NCBI GenBank assembly: GCA_963827235.1
Contig: CAWHAE010000018.1
Coordinates: forward strand, 384,001 to 448,000
Origin: an uncultured bacterium
GTDB lineage: Bacteria > Chloroflexota > UBA5177 > JANWHV01
Direction: 5' to 3'
DNA length: 64,000 nt
Position numbers and translations under genes: made by a program. The notes below the pieces were generated by a model. It saw only the letters and a list, made by a program, of their open reading frames with translations, was not told the origin of the DNA and ran no database searches. This document shows, piece by piece, positions 27,845 through 35,939 of the stretch; the first letter of the stretch is position 1; each line of letters opens with the position of its first letter.

Positions 27845-29068
27845 CTAAACCTTCGGGATGACCAGGCGCTGGCCAGCAACAATCAGGTTCGGATCTGTTC
27901 CTATGACCACGCGATTCGTCTCGTAGATGCTCTGCCAGGGTACTCCTAAGCGCTCACCAATCGCGCTCAGGCTGTCTCCCTGCTGCACGATGTAGGTGAT
28001 CAGGTCCTGTGCGAACTGGAGGTGTGCGAAGGCCTCCTTCGCCTGGCCGTCGGCACGGCGAAGCCCGAAGTAGAGGCCAGCGGCAGGATTGTCCGTCAAC
28101 AGGAACCAATTCACCGCTTTGACAGCCTGACTGCCTGCACAACCGGCGAACAGCTGGTCGAGATTGGCGGCCTGCACCGACTCGCTGACGGCCTGTGTCT
28201 GCCAACCAGCCTCGACGACGTGGACGGTGCGCCGAGCCACGCCTTCATTTGCGTCCAGGACGTGTGTAAGCAAGCCTAGTGCTTGCTCGAGATGCGCCGG
28301 GTCGAGGAAGCCACCCTGATCGAGATAGTAGTGCTGGCCGATGATGTCAAACGGCATCGAGGTGACTTTGTCCTGCGCAAGCTGGTGGTACAGCGCCTGC
28401 AGGTAGGTTGCCCCGACACTTGCTGCGTCAAGCATGCCATGCAGATTGTGCCCAAAGAGACCGCCCGTCACCACGCGTCGCTCGCCTGACTCCGCTTTCA
28501 GTACGGCATGGGTCCCTCGAAGCAAGGTGGCGAAGAGCGATGGGTAGATAAAGCTGCTGCCCGTGTAGTGGCCTGGGGACGACTCGCTGGTATAGGCATT
28601 CGGCTCGTTCCAGACCACCCAGTACGGCACGCTTGGAAGCGCGTGGACGAGCTGTTTTGCGGTGAGTACAAAGCGCTCGATGAAGGGATTGTCGCCGCTG
28701 GCACGAGGATCAAGCTCTCGCGCATTGGCGTTCCAGAGGTTCTGGCTTGCCGGCTTGAGGACTTCCGCCGTCAGCTGTGCCATCGGTTGGATGCCAGCGG
28801 CGACGATCGAGCGTGCAACTTGAGCGTAAAGCTGGATGAGCTGGTCGTCCCAGGACGCCTTCTGGCCCAATCGTAAGGTGAATCGGACGATTTGCACGCC
28901 GAGCTGCCGGAGCACATCCATGTCAGACGGGCTGAGCAGAACGGCGTCACCACTGTCCGCTACCACCCAGCCCAGCGCTAAGCCCTTTGCCGGTAGGGAA
29001 GTCGCGGAGTCCTGGCCTTGCACTGGAGCGACCATGGCAAGAACGTTTCTTGTGTCGGAACAGTACAT
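27845..29068 (-). CDS. clan GH-A TIM-barrel glycoside hydrolase with C-terminal LysM
   Basis: WVVWNEPN acid/base, VHVVEAGW nucleophile, LysM YIVQQGDSLSAIG...PNLIVAGQRLVIP; start may be 29035. Confidence 0.85.
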   Translation of the reverse strand: MYCSDTRNVLAMVAPVQGQDSATSLPAKGLALGWVVADSGDAVLLSPSDMDVLRQLGVQIVRFTLRLGQKASWDDQLIQLYAQVARSIVAAGIQPMAQLTAEVLKPASQNLWNANARELDPRASGDNPFIERFVLTAKQLVHALPSVPYWVVWNEPNAYTSESSPGHYTGSSFIYPSLFATLLRGTHAVLKAESGERRVVTGGLFGHNLHGMLDAASVGATYLQALYHQLAQDKVTSMPFDIIGQHYYLDQGGFLDPAHLEQALGLLTHVLDANEGVARRTVHVVEAGWQTQAVSESVQAANLDQLFAGCAGSQAVKAVNWFLLTDNPAAGLYFGLRRADGQAKEAFAHLQFAQDLITYIVQQGDSLSAIGERLGVPWQSIYETNRVVIGTDPNLIVAGQRLVIPKV

Positions 29069-29555
29069 GAAGACCCGGGCGGGCGGTCGCGTCCACCACG
29101 TTTACGATACCGTCGCCACATGGTCAAGCATGACAGAGCTTGGCCTAAGATGCAAAGGCAGACCGAAAGGCCAAGCGGATGATCGTCTGTGCCGTTGGAT
29201 GCAGAGGCGGTCGGTACGCTGAAGGCTTGAACTCAAGCGTGAACTGCTTCTGCCCCCAACACTGCCGCCCGTGGTTTAGCCTGCCACCGCATCTCTATGC
29301 AGATCACGACCCAAGCCAGGTCGGCTACTGCAGCCGATTCGAATGTCTTGTTCGGCGCCAAAAGATGAGCACGCCTGGGGGCGCAAGTATTCCGTGCGAG
29401 TCACTCTACCCAGTGCGCGTGACGCGTCTCCACGGATCCCGTCCCCGAACGCAGACTGGTCGACCACATTGCACGGTACAGGTGCCGCAACCCGTTTGGC
29501 CGTCCGCGCTGCTCCGAACGAGCTGCGGCAGTGGTGTGGGCCGTGGCGACCACGC

Positions 29556-29838
29556 TCAGTCCGGCTTCACCGCCTCCAGCGTGACGAACGGCATCAAGAG
29601 CCAGGTCTGCTCGCGCCGTTGCGCAATGCGGAATCCCGCCGTGCGCACCAACTGCTCGGTGTCCCGGTTCAGGTGAGAGTTGCCGTCCAGCAGCCGGGTG
29701 AGGGGCGTGATCGCCGTCTGGATCCCGACCACGAGGGCCGCGTGCGCCTTCACGTGCTTCACGAGCAGCAGTGCGCCGCCTGGCCAGAGCACGCGATACA
29801 CCTCACGCAACCCGCGGAGCGGATCGGCCACCGAGCAG
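29556..29838 (-). pseudogene. 3' remnant of class I SAM-dependent methyltransferase
   Basis: LCSVADPLRGLREVYRVLWPGG...HLNRDTEQLVRTAGF; the N-terminal SAM-binding motif is absent and replaced by repeat copy 1. Confidence 0.8.
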
Positions 29839-29996
29839 AGCAGAGCCTGCACGGGCGGAGTGAGCTCCGCGCTTGGCGGCGCCTGCGCGCGGGTTCGCTG
29901 CACCGTTCAGAGGCGCAACGGGACCGGTCGCCTACCGCCCGCCTAACACGAATAGCGCGCCTGTTCTCGGAGGACGCACCGGGCCGGGCGCTGCCG
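29839..29996. repeat. 158-bp direct repeat, copy 1 (A 29839-29902 + B 29903-29996, contiguous)
   Basis: A matches 34762-34825 at 62/64 and B matches 35052-35145 at 88/94 by manual alignment. Confidence 0.95.
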
Positions 29997-30010
29997 CAGT
30001 CGTGTTGTGC

Positions 30011-30670
30011 TCAATGCGTTGCCGCCTGGCCGAACGTCCCTCTTGCACGTCGCGCCGCCGTATCTACCTCGATCGCCCCTGCTTGGCCATGCACCGTGTG
30101 TCCGCCTGCCCGTCTCGCCTCGCCGAGCAGCCTCTCCACGATCACCGCGTCGCGCCAGGTGCCGTCGACCGGTGCGTGGCAGTGCAGCACTCCGACCTCG
30201 CGGAAACCGAGGGAGCGGCAGAGCATGCGACTGGCGATGTTCTCGGGAAAGACCCGCGAGAGCAGCTTCCAGAAGCCGCGGAGCTCGCACTCCGCTACCA
30301 ACGCTTCGAGCGCCGCACGCCCTACACCCCGACCCCGCACGTCCCGATCGACGTAGACCGAGAACTCCGCGATGCGCGCGAAGCAGGCGCGCGTGCTGTG
30401 CGGGCTGCTGCCCGCCCAACCCAGGACGCGGCCTGCGCGTTCTACCACGATCGTGGGATAGGTCGTTCCGCGCTCCATCAAGAGCGCCTCGATCGCCGCT
30501 GGCGTACGCGGCTCGGTCTCGAACGTGGACGTGCGGGCCAGAATGGCCTGGTTGTGAATGCGCGCGATGGCGCCGGCATCGTCCAGGCATGCCTGCCGCA
30601 CGACGGTGCGCGGTAGCGGCACCGCGGGCACCGAGTCGGTTGCATTGTCGACCGTCTGTACCGTGATCAC
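30011..30670 (-). CDS. GNAT N-acetyltransferase, PAT/ArsN1-like
   Basis: AIARIHNQAI..RTSTFETEPR, EFSVYV...RGRGVG, FWKLLSRVFPENIASR..GFREVG; GTG 30670 with AGAGGAG RBS. Confidence 0.88.
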   Translation of the reverse strand: MITVQTVDNATDSVPAVPLPRTVVRQACLDDAGAIARIHNQAILARTSTFETEPRTPAAIEALLMERGTTYPTIVVERAGRVLGWAGSSPHSTRACFARIAEFSVYVDRDVRGRGVGRAALEALVAECELRGFWKLLSRVFPENIASRMLCRSLGFREVGVLHCHAPVDGTWRDAVIVERLLGEARRAGGHTVHGQAGAIEVDTAARRARGTFGQAATH

Positions 30671-30736
30671 TGATCCTGCTCCTCTAGCCTGTATGGCGGC
30701 CAGTACTCGTTCCCATGTCTCATGCTGCGCCCGCCG

Positions 30737-30787
30737 TGTAACGGACGGCGTTAACAGACGGGCCCTGGACGTAAACAGGCGATCAAC
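30737..30787 (-). promoter_or_regulatory. putative KdpE/OmpR-type operator array upstream of the GNAT gene
   Basis: Minus strand GTTGAT-5-GTTTAC-15-GTTAAC-7-GTTACA; same layout as 34964-35014. Confidence 0.5.
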
Positions 30788-30884
30788 AGTTGCCGCACGC
30801 GTGGTTTCGCCGTGGTTCTCCCGGCCGGCGTATGCCGCCGGCAGCCGCCACGGGCCGGCCAGAAGGGGACACGGCGCCGCGGCA

Positions 30885-32214
30885 CTACGCCGTCTTGACA
30901 GCGCCGGGCACGGTTCGTGCTTCGGCTGCATCCCGTGGCGCCCGCTCGATCGGAAGCTCGGCCACGAAGACACTGCCGCGGTCGGCTTGACTCTCAACCC
31001 ACACGCGACCGCCGTGTGCTTCGATCAGGCCTTTGACGATGGCAAGTCCCATGCCGGTGCCGGGAGCCCGGCCGATCGTGCTGCTGAGACGGTAGAACTT
31101 GTCGAAGATATGGCCGCGCTCAGCGTCGGGTACGCCTGGCCCCTGGTCGGTTACCGTGATTCGCAGCCGCTGTATGTCGTCGCTCCGCTGCTGCGTCTGC
31201 GCCCCGATCGCGATCGGCGACCCAGGGGGAGCATATTTGCCGGCGTTCTCGAGCAGATTTGCAAGTACCTGCTCGATGTGCACGGCATCCAGCTTCACGA
31301 GCGGCAGATCCATAGCCACGTCGCACAGAAGGGCGAGCCAGCCGTGCCTGCTCGAGGGCGATGGCGGCGCCATTGGCAAATGTCGCGAGCAGGTGCTCAC
31401 GCTCTACGTCGAGGGCGCGGGCCCCGTGCGGGACAATCTCCAGCACACCCACGGAGCGGTCGGCGACGCGGAGAGGGATGAAGCGCGCCCGCTCAAAACC
31501 GGCTCGCGGACGGCGTATCCTGTCGGCGCGGCGGCGCTCGGTGGCCGCGGCGCCCAACCTGCATTCGAGGCCGAGGTGATGTGCCTGCGCGGCGACGGCG
31601 GCGACATTGCGCCTGTGCTTGACGTGAAGGTCGTCGGGCATGTGCCCCGCGGCGGCAACGCTGTCCCACTGTCCACTCGCTCCCGGCATCAGCACGGCGC
31701 AGGCCTCGAGCTCGAACGCGGTGCGAAGCCGCTCCGCCAGGGTACCCAGGAGGTCGTCTTCCAGCCCGCCCGCGATGAGACCCACGCTCAGGTCGTACAG
31801 CGCGGCGGAAGACCGCGCGCGCCGCATCGCTTCGTCGGTACGACGTCGTGCCAACGTGGCAAGCTGTCCCACGGACAGGGCCACGAACAGAAACACGAAC
31901 AGGGCCACGGCATCGCGTACCGACGCGATGGTCAGCCGGTGGACGGGAGGAATGAAGAACCAGTCCCACACGACGATGGCCGCGCACCCCACCAACGCCC
32001 CGGCAGGCATGCCGCCGCAGGCCGCGGAGAACACGACCGGGACGAGAAAGAGCAGCGGAATACTCAGGCTCAAAGCGCCACTCGTACCGTTCAGGACGCT
32101 CAGGACCGGGACAAGGAATGCTACCAGGGCCAGCCCGGCCACGCCGGCACTGCGCGGACGCCGCGCCAGCACGTCGGTGCTGATCCCGGCGTCATGAAAC
32201 ACTTTGCCTGTCAA
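30885..32214 (-). pseudogene. kdpD: KdpD-like sensor kinase with internal deletion of HisKA and a frameshift
   Basis: DUF4118 (WDWFFIPP...LFVFLFVALSVGQL) and GAF up to ...IALEQARL, then HATPase_c in another frame (IEQVLANLLENAGKY, DQGPGV, GTGMGLAI); no H-box between them. Confidence 0.8.
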
Positions 32215-32273
32215 TCACGTCTCGCTTTCGTGCCGCTGGCATGGCCGTGGTACCGGAGGCGCCGTCATACTCG

Positions 32274-32981
32274 CTAATGAAGCCGGTCAACCGGCAATAG
32301 GTATGCCGGCCGCCGGCGAGGCGCCGGTCGTTCCATGACACGCGCCTGGTCACCGTCTACCACGATAGTCTTGCATGGCGCCGTTCTCTGCACGATCTGG
32401 GAGATGCTGCCGAAATACCAGCGGCGGAGCGCGGCATCGCTCGTGTGTCCGAGCACGATCAGGTCGCCCTGCTGCTCCTGCTGCGCTTCTATGCGCGCGC
32501 TGTTCGCCAGCACCGCCTCCAGTCGCTCGCTGCTGCACCGGGCTGTCTGGGCGAGCCGGGTAACCTGCCGCCCGTAGTCGCGGTCCTCGGGATGTGGGCA
32601 AGCGCTGCGATGGAGCACGCCCAGCCTCCTCTCCAGCATCTGCAGGTACCGTGCCCGGTCGGCATTGCTCAGCGCGTAGTGCTGCCGGTACGTCCCCAGG
32701 GCCCAGGAGAGCCCTTCGCTGGCGCGGTAGTGGAAGAACGCGGCCAGGACGGTGCTGTCCACGCCCAGGCCGCTGGCCAGCTCGAATACCTCTTGCTGCC
32801 CGAGTGGCGGCAGGCGGCGCAGCTTGACGAGCATGGCAGTCGATACGCCAAGCCGTCGGGCCACGTCCGCCGTGGTCAGCGCGTCTCGGAAGACGAGGCC
32901 GTCCTGCTTGCCTTCATCGCCCGACTCGTCGCGCGAGCCGGATTCGGCAACCGGCGCCATGTGGTACGTATGCCCTGCCAT
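32274..32981 (-). CDS. HTH-containing protein fused to a partial universal-stress (USP) C-terminus
   Basis: LTTADVARRLGVS HTH; C-terminal DLIVLGH....RRWYFGSISQIVQRTAPCKTIVV is USP-like; ATG 20 nt after the kdpA stop. Confidence 0.65.
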   Translation of the reverse strand: MAGHTYHMAPVAESGSRDESGDEGKQDGLVFRDALTTADVARRLGVSTAMLVKLRRLPPLGQQEVFELASGLGVDSTVLAAFFHYRASEGLSWALGTYRQHYALSNADRARYLQMLERRLGVLHRSACPHPEDRDYGRQVTRLAQTARCSSERLEAVLANSARIEAQQEQQGDLIVLGHTSDAALRRWYFGSISQIVQRTAPCKTIVVDGDQARVMERPAPRRRPAYLLPVDRLH

Positions 32982-33001
32982 GGCAGTCTCTCTTCTCACT
33001 T

Positions 33002-34723
33002 CTACAGGCGTAGCTGCTCGATGATCGGCCCCAGCGCGACGATCGGCAGGAACGTGAGCGCTCCCACAAGCAGCGCCGTGCCCACGATCACCGTGGCGAA
33101 GGTCGCCGAGTCGGTGGGCAGCGTAGCTGCCGAGACCGGCCGCCGCTGCTGCCTCACGAAGATGCCGGCCAGGGCAAGGGCCAGCACGCCCAGTCCGAAA
33201 CGTCCCAGGAGCATGGCCACCGCGGTGGTGAGATTGTAGAACGGGCTGTCGCCTGAAAGACCGGCGAACGACTGGCCGTTGTTCGCCATGTTGCTCGTGT
33301 AGGCGTAGAAGATCTCCGTCAATCCGTGGGGTCCGCTGTTGGTGGTCAGGCCGGCCCGTCCGGCAGCGGTCGACACAGCCAGCGCGGTGAGCGCCAGCAG
33401 GGCCACCGGCGCAACCAGCGTGTAAAGCATGACCACTTTGATATGCGCCGGGCCGATGGTCTTGCCCAGGTACTCCGGCGTGCGCCCGATCATCAACCCT
33501 GCCACGAACAGGCCCACCAGGACGACGAGGATGATGCTGTACAGCCCGGTGCCCAGGCCGCCGAACACCATCTCGCCGAGAATCATGTTGACCAACGGCA
33601 CGAGCCCTCCCAGCGGCGTATAGCTGTCGTGCATGGAATTGGTCGAGCCGGTGGCCGTGTTCGATGTCACGACTGCCGTCAGCACGGAGTCGGCAATGCC
33701 GAAGCGGACCTCCTTGCCTTCCATGTTGCCGCCCGGCTGGCTCGTGGTTGCCGCGGTCGCTGCGCGCGCCTGGCGTGCGATGACCGGGTTCCCCTGCTGC
33801 TCTGCCAGGTTGCACACCACCAGGCCGGCGACAAAGAGGAAGACCATCACCCAGAGCAGCACCCACCCCTGGCGGGTCCGTCCCACCATCTGACCCAATG
33901 TGTAGGTCAGCGCGGCCGGTACGACCACGATCGACAGCATCTCGACGAAGTTGGCCAGCGGCGTCGGGTCCTGGTAAGGGTGTGCGTTATTCACGTTGAA
34001 GAACCCGCCGCCGTTCGTGCCGAGGTTCTCGATGAACTCCAGCGCGGCAACCGGTCCCTGGGCAATGGTCTGCCGGCCACCCTCCAGGGTATGCACGACG
34101 GTGTACGGGCTCCAGCTCAACGGCACGCCTTGCCACACCAGGACCAGCGCCCCGACCACCGACAGTGGAAGCAACACCCAGAGCAGGCCGCGCACCAGGT
34201 CCACCCAGAAGTTGCCAAGCCCCCTTGCTTGCTGGCGGGCCAGCCCACGGATGAAGGCAATGCCGACCGCCAGCCCGGCGGCGCCGGCGAGGAAGTTCTG
34301 CGCCGCCAGGCCCACGATCTGCGTGACGTAGCTCATGGTCGACTCGCCGCCGTACGCCTGCCAGGTGGTGGTCGTGGCGAAGCTCACCGCCGTGTTGAGG
34401 GCCAGATCGGACGTCATCGGCGTGCTGAGATAGGCGCCGTTGTTCCAGGCATAATGCGACTGCAGCAGCAAGATGGCAAACAGCAGTGCGGTCCCCGCCA
34501 GCCCGAAGACGAGGAAGGACAGCGCGTACTCGGCCCAGCCCATCTCGTGTGTGGCATCGACACCGGCCAGCCGATAGATCCGGCACTCCACGGGGCGCAG
34601 AAGGGGATCGAGGAAGGTGCGATGCCCGGTAAACACCCGGGTCAGGTAGCTGCCTAACGGCTTGACAAGCGCGACGACGATCAGCACGAAGAGTGCGTAC
34701 TCGGTCAGGGCAGCCGCACTCAT
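33002..34723 (-). CDS. kdpA: potassium-transporting ATPase subunit A
   Basis: LGNFWVDLVR, GPVAALE..LGTNGGGFF, GGNMEGKEVRFG, MHDSYTPLGG, GRTPEYLGK, GPHGLTEIFYAY; full length. Confidence 0.95.
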   Translation of the reverse strand: MSAAALTEYALFVLIVVALVKPLGSYLTRVFTGHRTFLDPLLRPVECRIYRLAGVDATHEMGWAEYALSFLVFGLAGTALLFAILLLQSHYAWNNGAYLSTPMTSDLALNTAVSFATTTTWQAYGGESTMSYVTQIVGLAAQNFLAGAAGLAVGIAFIRGLARQQARGLGNFWVDLVRGLLWVLLPLSVVGALVLVWQGVPLSWSPYTVVHTLEGGRQTIAQGPVAALEFIENLGTNGGGFFNVNNAHPYQDPTPLANFVEMLSIVVVPAALTYTLGQMVGRTRQGWVLLWVMVFLFVAGLVVCNLAEQQGNPVIARQARAATAATTSQPGGNMEGKEVRFGIADSVLTAVVTSNTATGSTNSMHDSYTPLGGLVPLVNMILGEMVFGGLGTGLYSIILVVLVGLFVAGLMIGRTPEYLGKTIGPAHIKVVMLYTLVAPVALLALTALAVSTAAGRAGLTTNSGPHGLTEIFYAYTSNMANNGQSFAGLSGDSPFYNLTTAVAMLLGRFGLGVLALALAGIFVRQQRRPVSAATLPTDSATFATVIVGTALLVGALTFLPIVALGPIIEQLRL

Positions 34724-34761
34724 GGTCACAACCCTCCCGCCGGCCGCCCGTGCTCAGACCA

Positions 34762-34825
34762 AGCAGAGCCTGCACCGGCGGAGTGAGCTCCGCGCTTGGC
34801 GGCGCCCGCGCGCGGGTTCGCTGCA
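34762..34825. repeat. direct repeat copy 2, part A
   Basis: 62/64 identical to 29839-29902; contains the hairpin GCGGAG-TGAG-CTCCGC; lies in the kdpA 5' region. Confidence 0.95.
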
Positions 34826-34963
34826 TATGGGCAGGCGCGACCGGCCGGACGTACACGTTGCGAACATCTCTTCCGCATCATAGGCGGCCCGGAAGCCGCT
34901 ACACAGGCTAGCGTTCGCCCGATCCTTGACTTCAGGGCCTAGGCACAACGATAGAACCCGCAT

Positions 34964-35014
34964 GTTAACCAGGTCGTAAACGGCAAAGGCCGAAGTCGTA
35001 AACCGATCATCAAC
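34964..35014 (-). promoter_or_regulatory. putative KdpE-type operator array upstream of kdpA
   Basis: Minus strand GTTGAT-5-GTTTAC-16-GTTTAC-6-GTTAAC, with TTTACGAC repeated 22 bp apart. Confidence 0.55.
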
Positions 35015-35051
35015 GGACGGCATGGCCAGGGCAAGCGCGCGATACCACGCT

Positions 35052-35145
35052 CCGTTCAGAGGCGCAACCGGACCGGCCGCCTACCGCCCGCCTGACGCGA
35101 ATAGCGCGCCTGTTCGCGGAGGACGCACCGGGCCGAGCGCTGCCG
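35052..35145. repeat. direct repeat copy 2, part B
   Basis: 88/94 identical to 29903-29996. Confidence 0.95.
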
Positions 35146-35214
35146 GCCGCTGAACCGGACGGAGAGCAGATCCCGCCTCCATCTCAGGCGTGGAGGCCGT
35201 TTAGCGCGCGGTTA

Positions 35215-35844
35215 TCAGGCGCGCACCAGGGGCAGGAAGATCGTGTCGACGATCTCCACCAGCGTCGCGTCGGGAACCGGCGCCTGGGTCATGATCAGGT
35301 CGTGTCGAACCAGGTCCATCGGCAACGAGCAGATGCGGGGGCTCAAGCGCCGAGAATCGATCTCGCCGCGTGCCACGGCGCGCGCGATGATCGTCGCTAT
35401 GCCCGGCCTGGGGATCTCGGAGAGGATCCGCTCCCGCAACGCAGCGGGTGAGAGCCCGGTTTCGCTGAGCGCGCCGGCGATGAGGAAGCTCAAGACCGCA
35501 GCTTCTTCGCCGCGCCACGTGGAGATGTGCCGTAACACGGCTAGGAGGTCGTCTCGCAGCGTCCCGGTATCCGGAAACTTGACCATGTTGATCGCGGCGT
35601 GCTGACGCAGCGCGGCGATCACCAGCTCCGGACGGCTGGGCCAACGCCGGTACAGGACCGCGCGGCTCGTCCTGGCACGGGTGGCGACGCCCTCCATGGT
35701 GAGGGCCGCGTATCCCACCTCCGTCAGCTCATCCCAGGCTGCCTCCAGCAATGCGGCTTCGAGCGCCGGACCGCGACGGCGCTTTGGCGCGCCGCGCCGC
35801 CGGCCGGAGGCCGGGCCAGCATCCGAGATCCCGGTGGCTGCCAT
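35215..35844 (-). CDS. TetR/AcrR-family regulator
   Basis: GYAALTMEGVATRARTSRAVLYRRWP HTH; PDTGTLRDDL. Confidence 0.93.
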   Translation of the reverse strand: MAATGISDAGPASGRRRGAPKRRRGPALEAALLEAAWDELTEVGYAALTMEGVATRARTSRAVLYRRWPSRPELVIAALRQHAAINMVKFPDTGTLRDDLLAVLRHISTWRGEEAAVLSFLIAGALSETGLSPAALRERILSEIPRPGIATIIARAVARGEIDSRRLSPRICSLPMDLVRHDLIMTQAPVPDATLVEIVDTIFLPLVRA

Positions 35845-35855
35845 CAATCCCCCCT

Positions 35856-35920
35856 TAAGGGTCTCTTGTGTATCTTACACATCCATTGTACACTGCTCAT
35901 AGAGACATGAGTGTATCTTA
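35856..35920. promoter_or_regulatory. putative TetR operators in the divergent promoter
   Basis: Imperfect palindrome AGAGACA-TGAG-TGTATCT at 35901-35918 and a second GTGTATCTTA half-site at 35868-35877. Confidence 0.55.
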
Positions 35921-35939
35921 ATCCACCGGGAGATACGAG

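Noticed and set aside
29941-30010. Integron attC-like site after the GNAT stop (minus strand GCACAAC...GTTAGGC, 70 bp)
   Set aside because: The L-box pairing is off-register, the second repeat copy has GTCAGGC and no AAC inverse core, and no integrase or cassette array is present.
34762-35145. c-di-AMP (ydaO) riboswitch upstream of kdpA, or group II intron domain V in repeat A
   Set aside because: There is only a loose resemblance (GAACCCG...AGCTCACTCCG; GAGCC...GGTTC). The conserved 5' ydaO blocks and the D5 length and loop are missing; an Infernal search would settle it.
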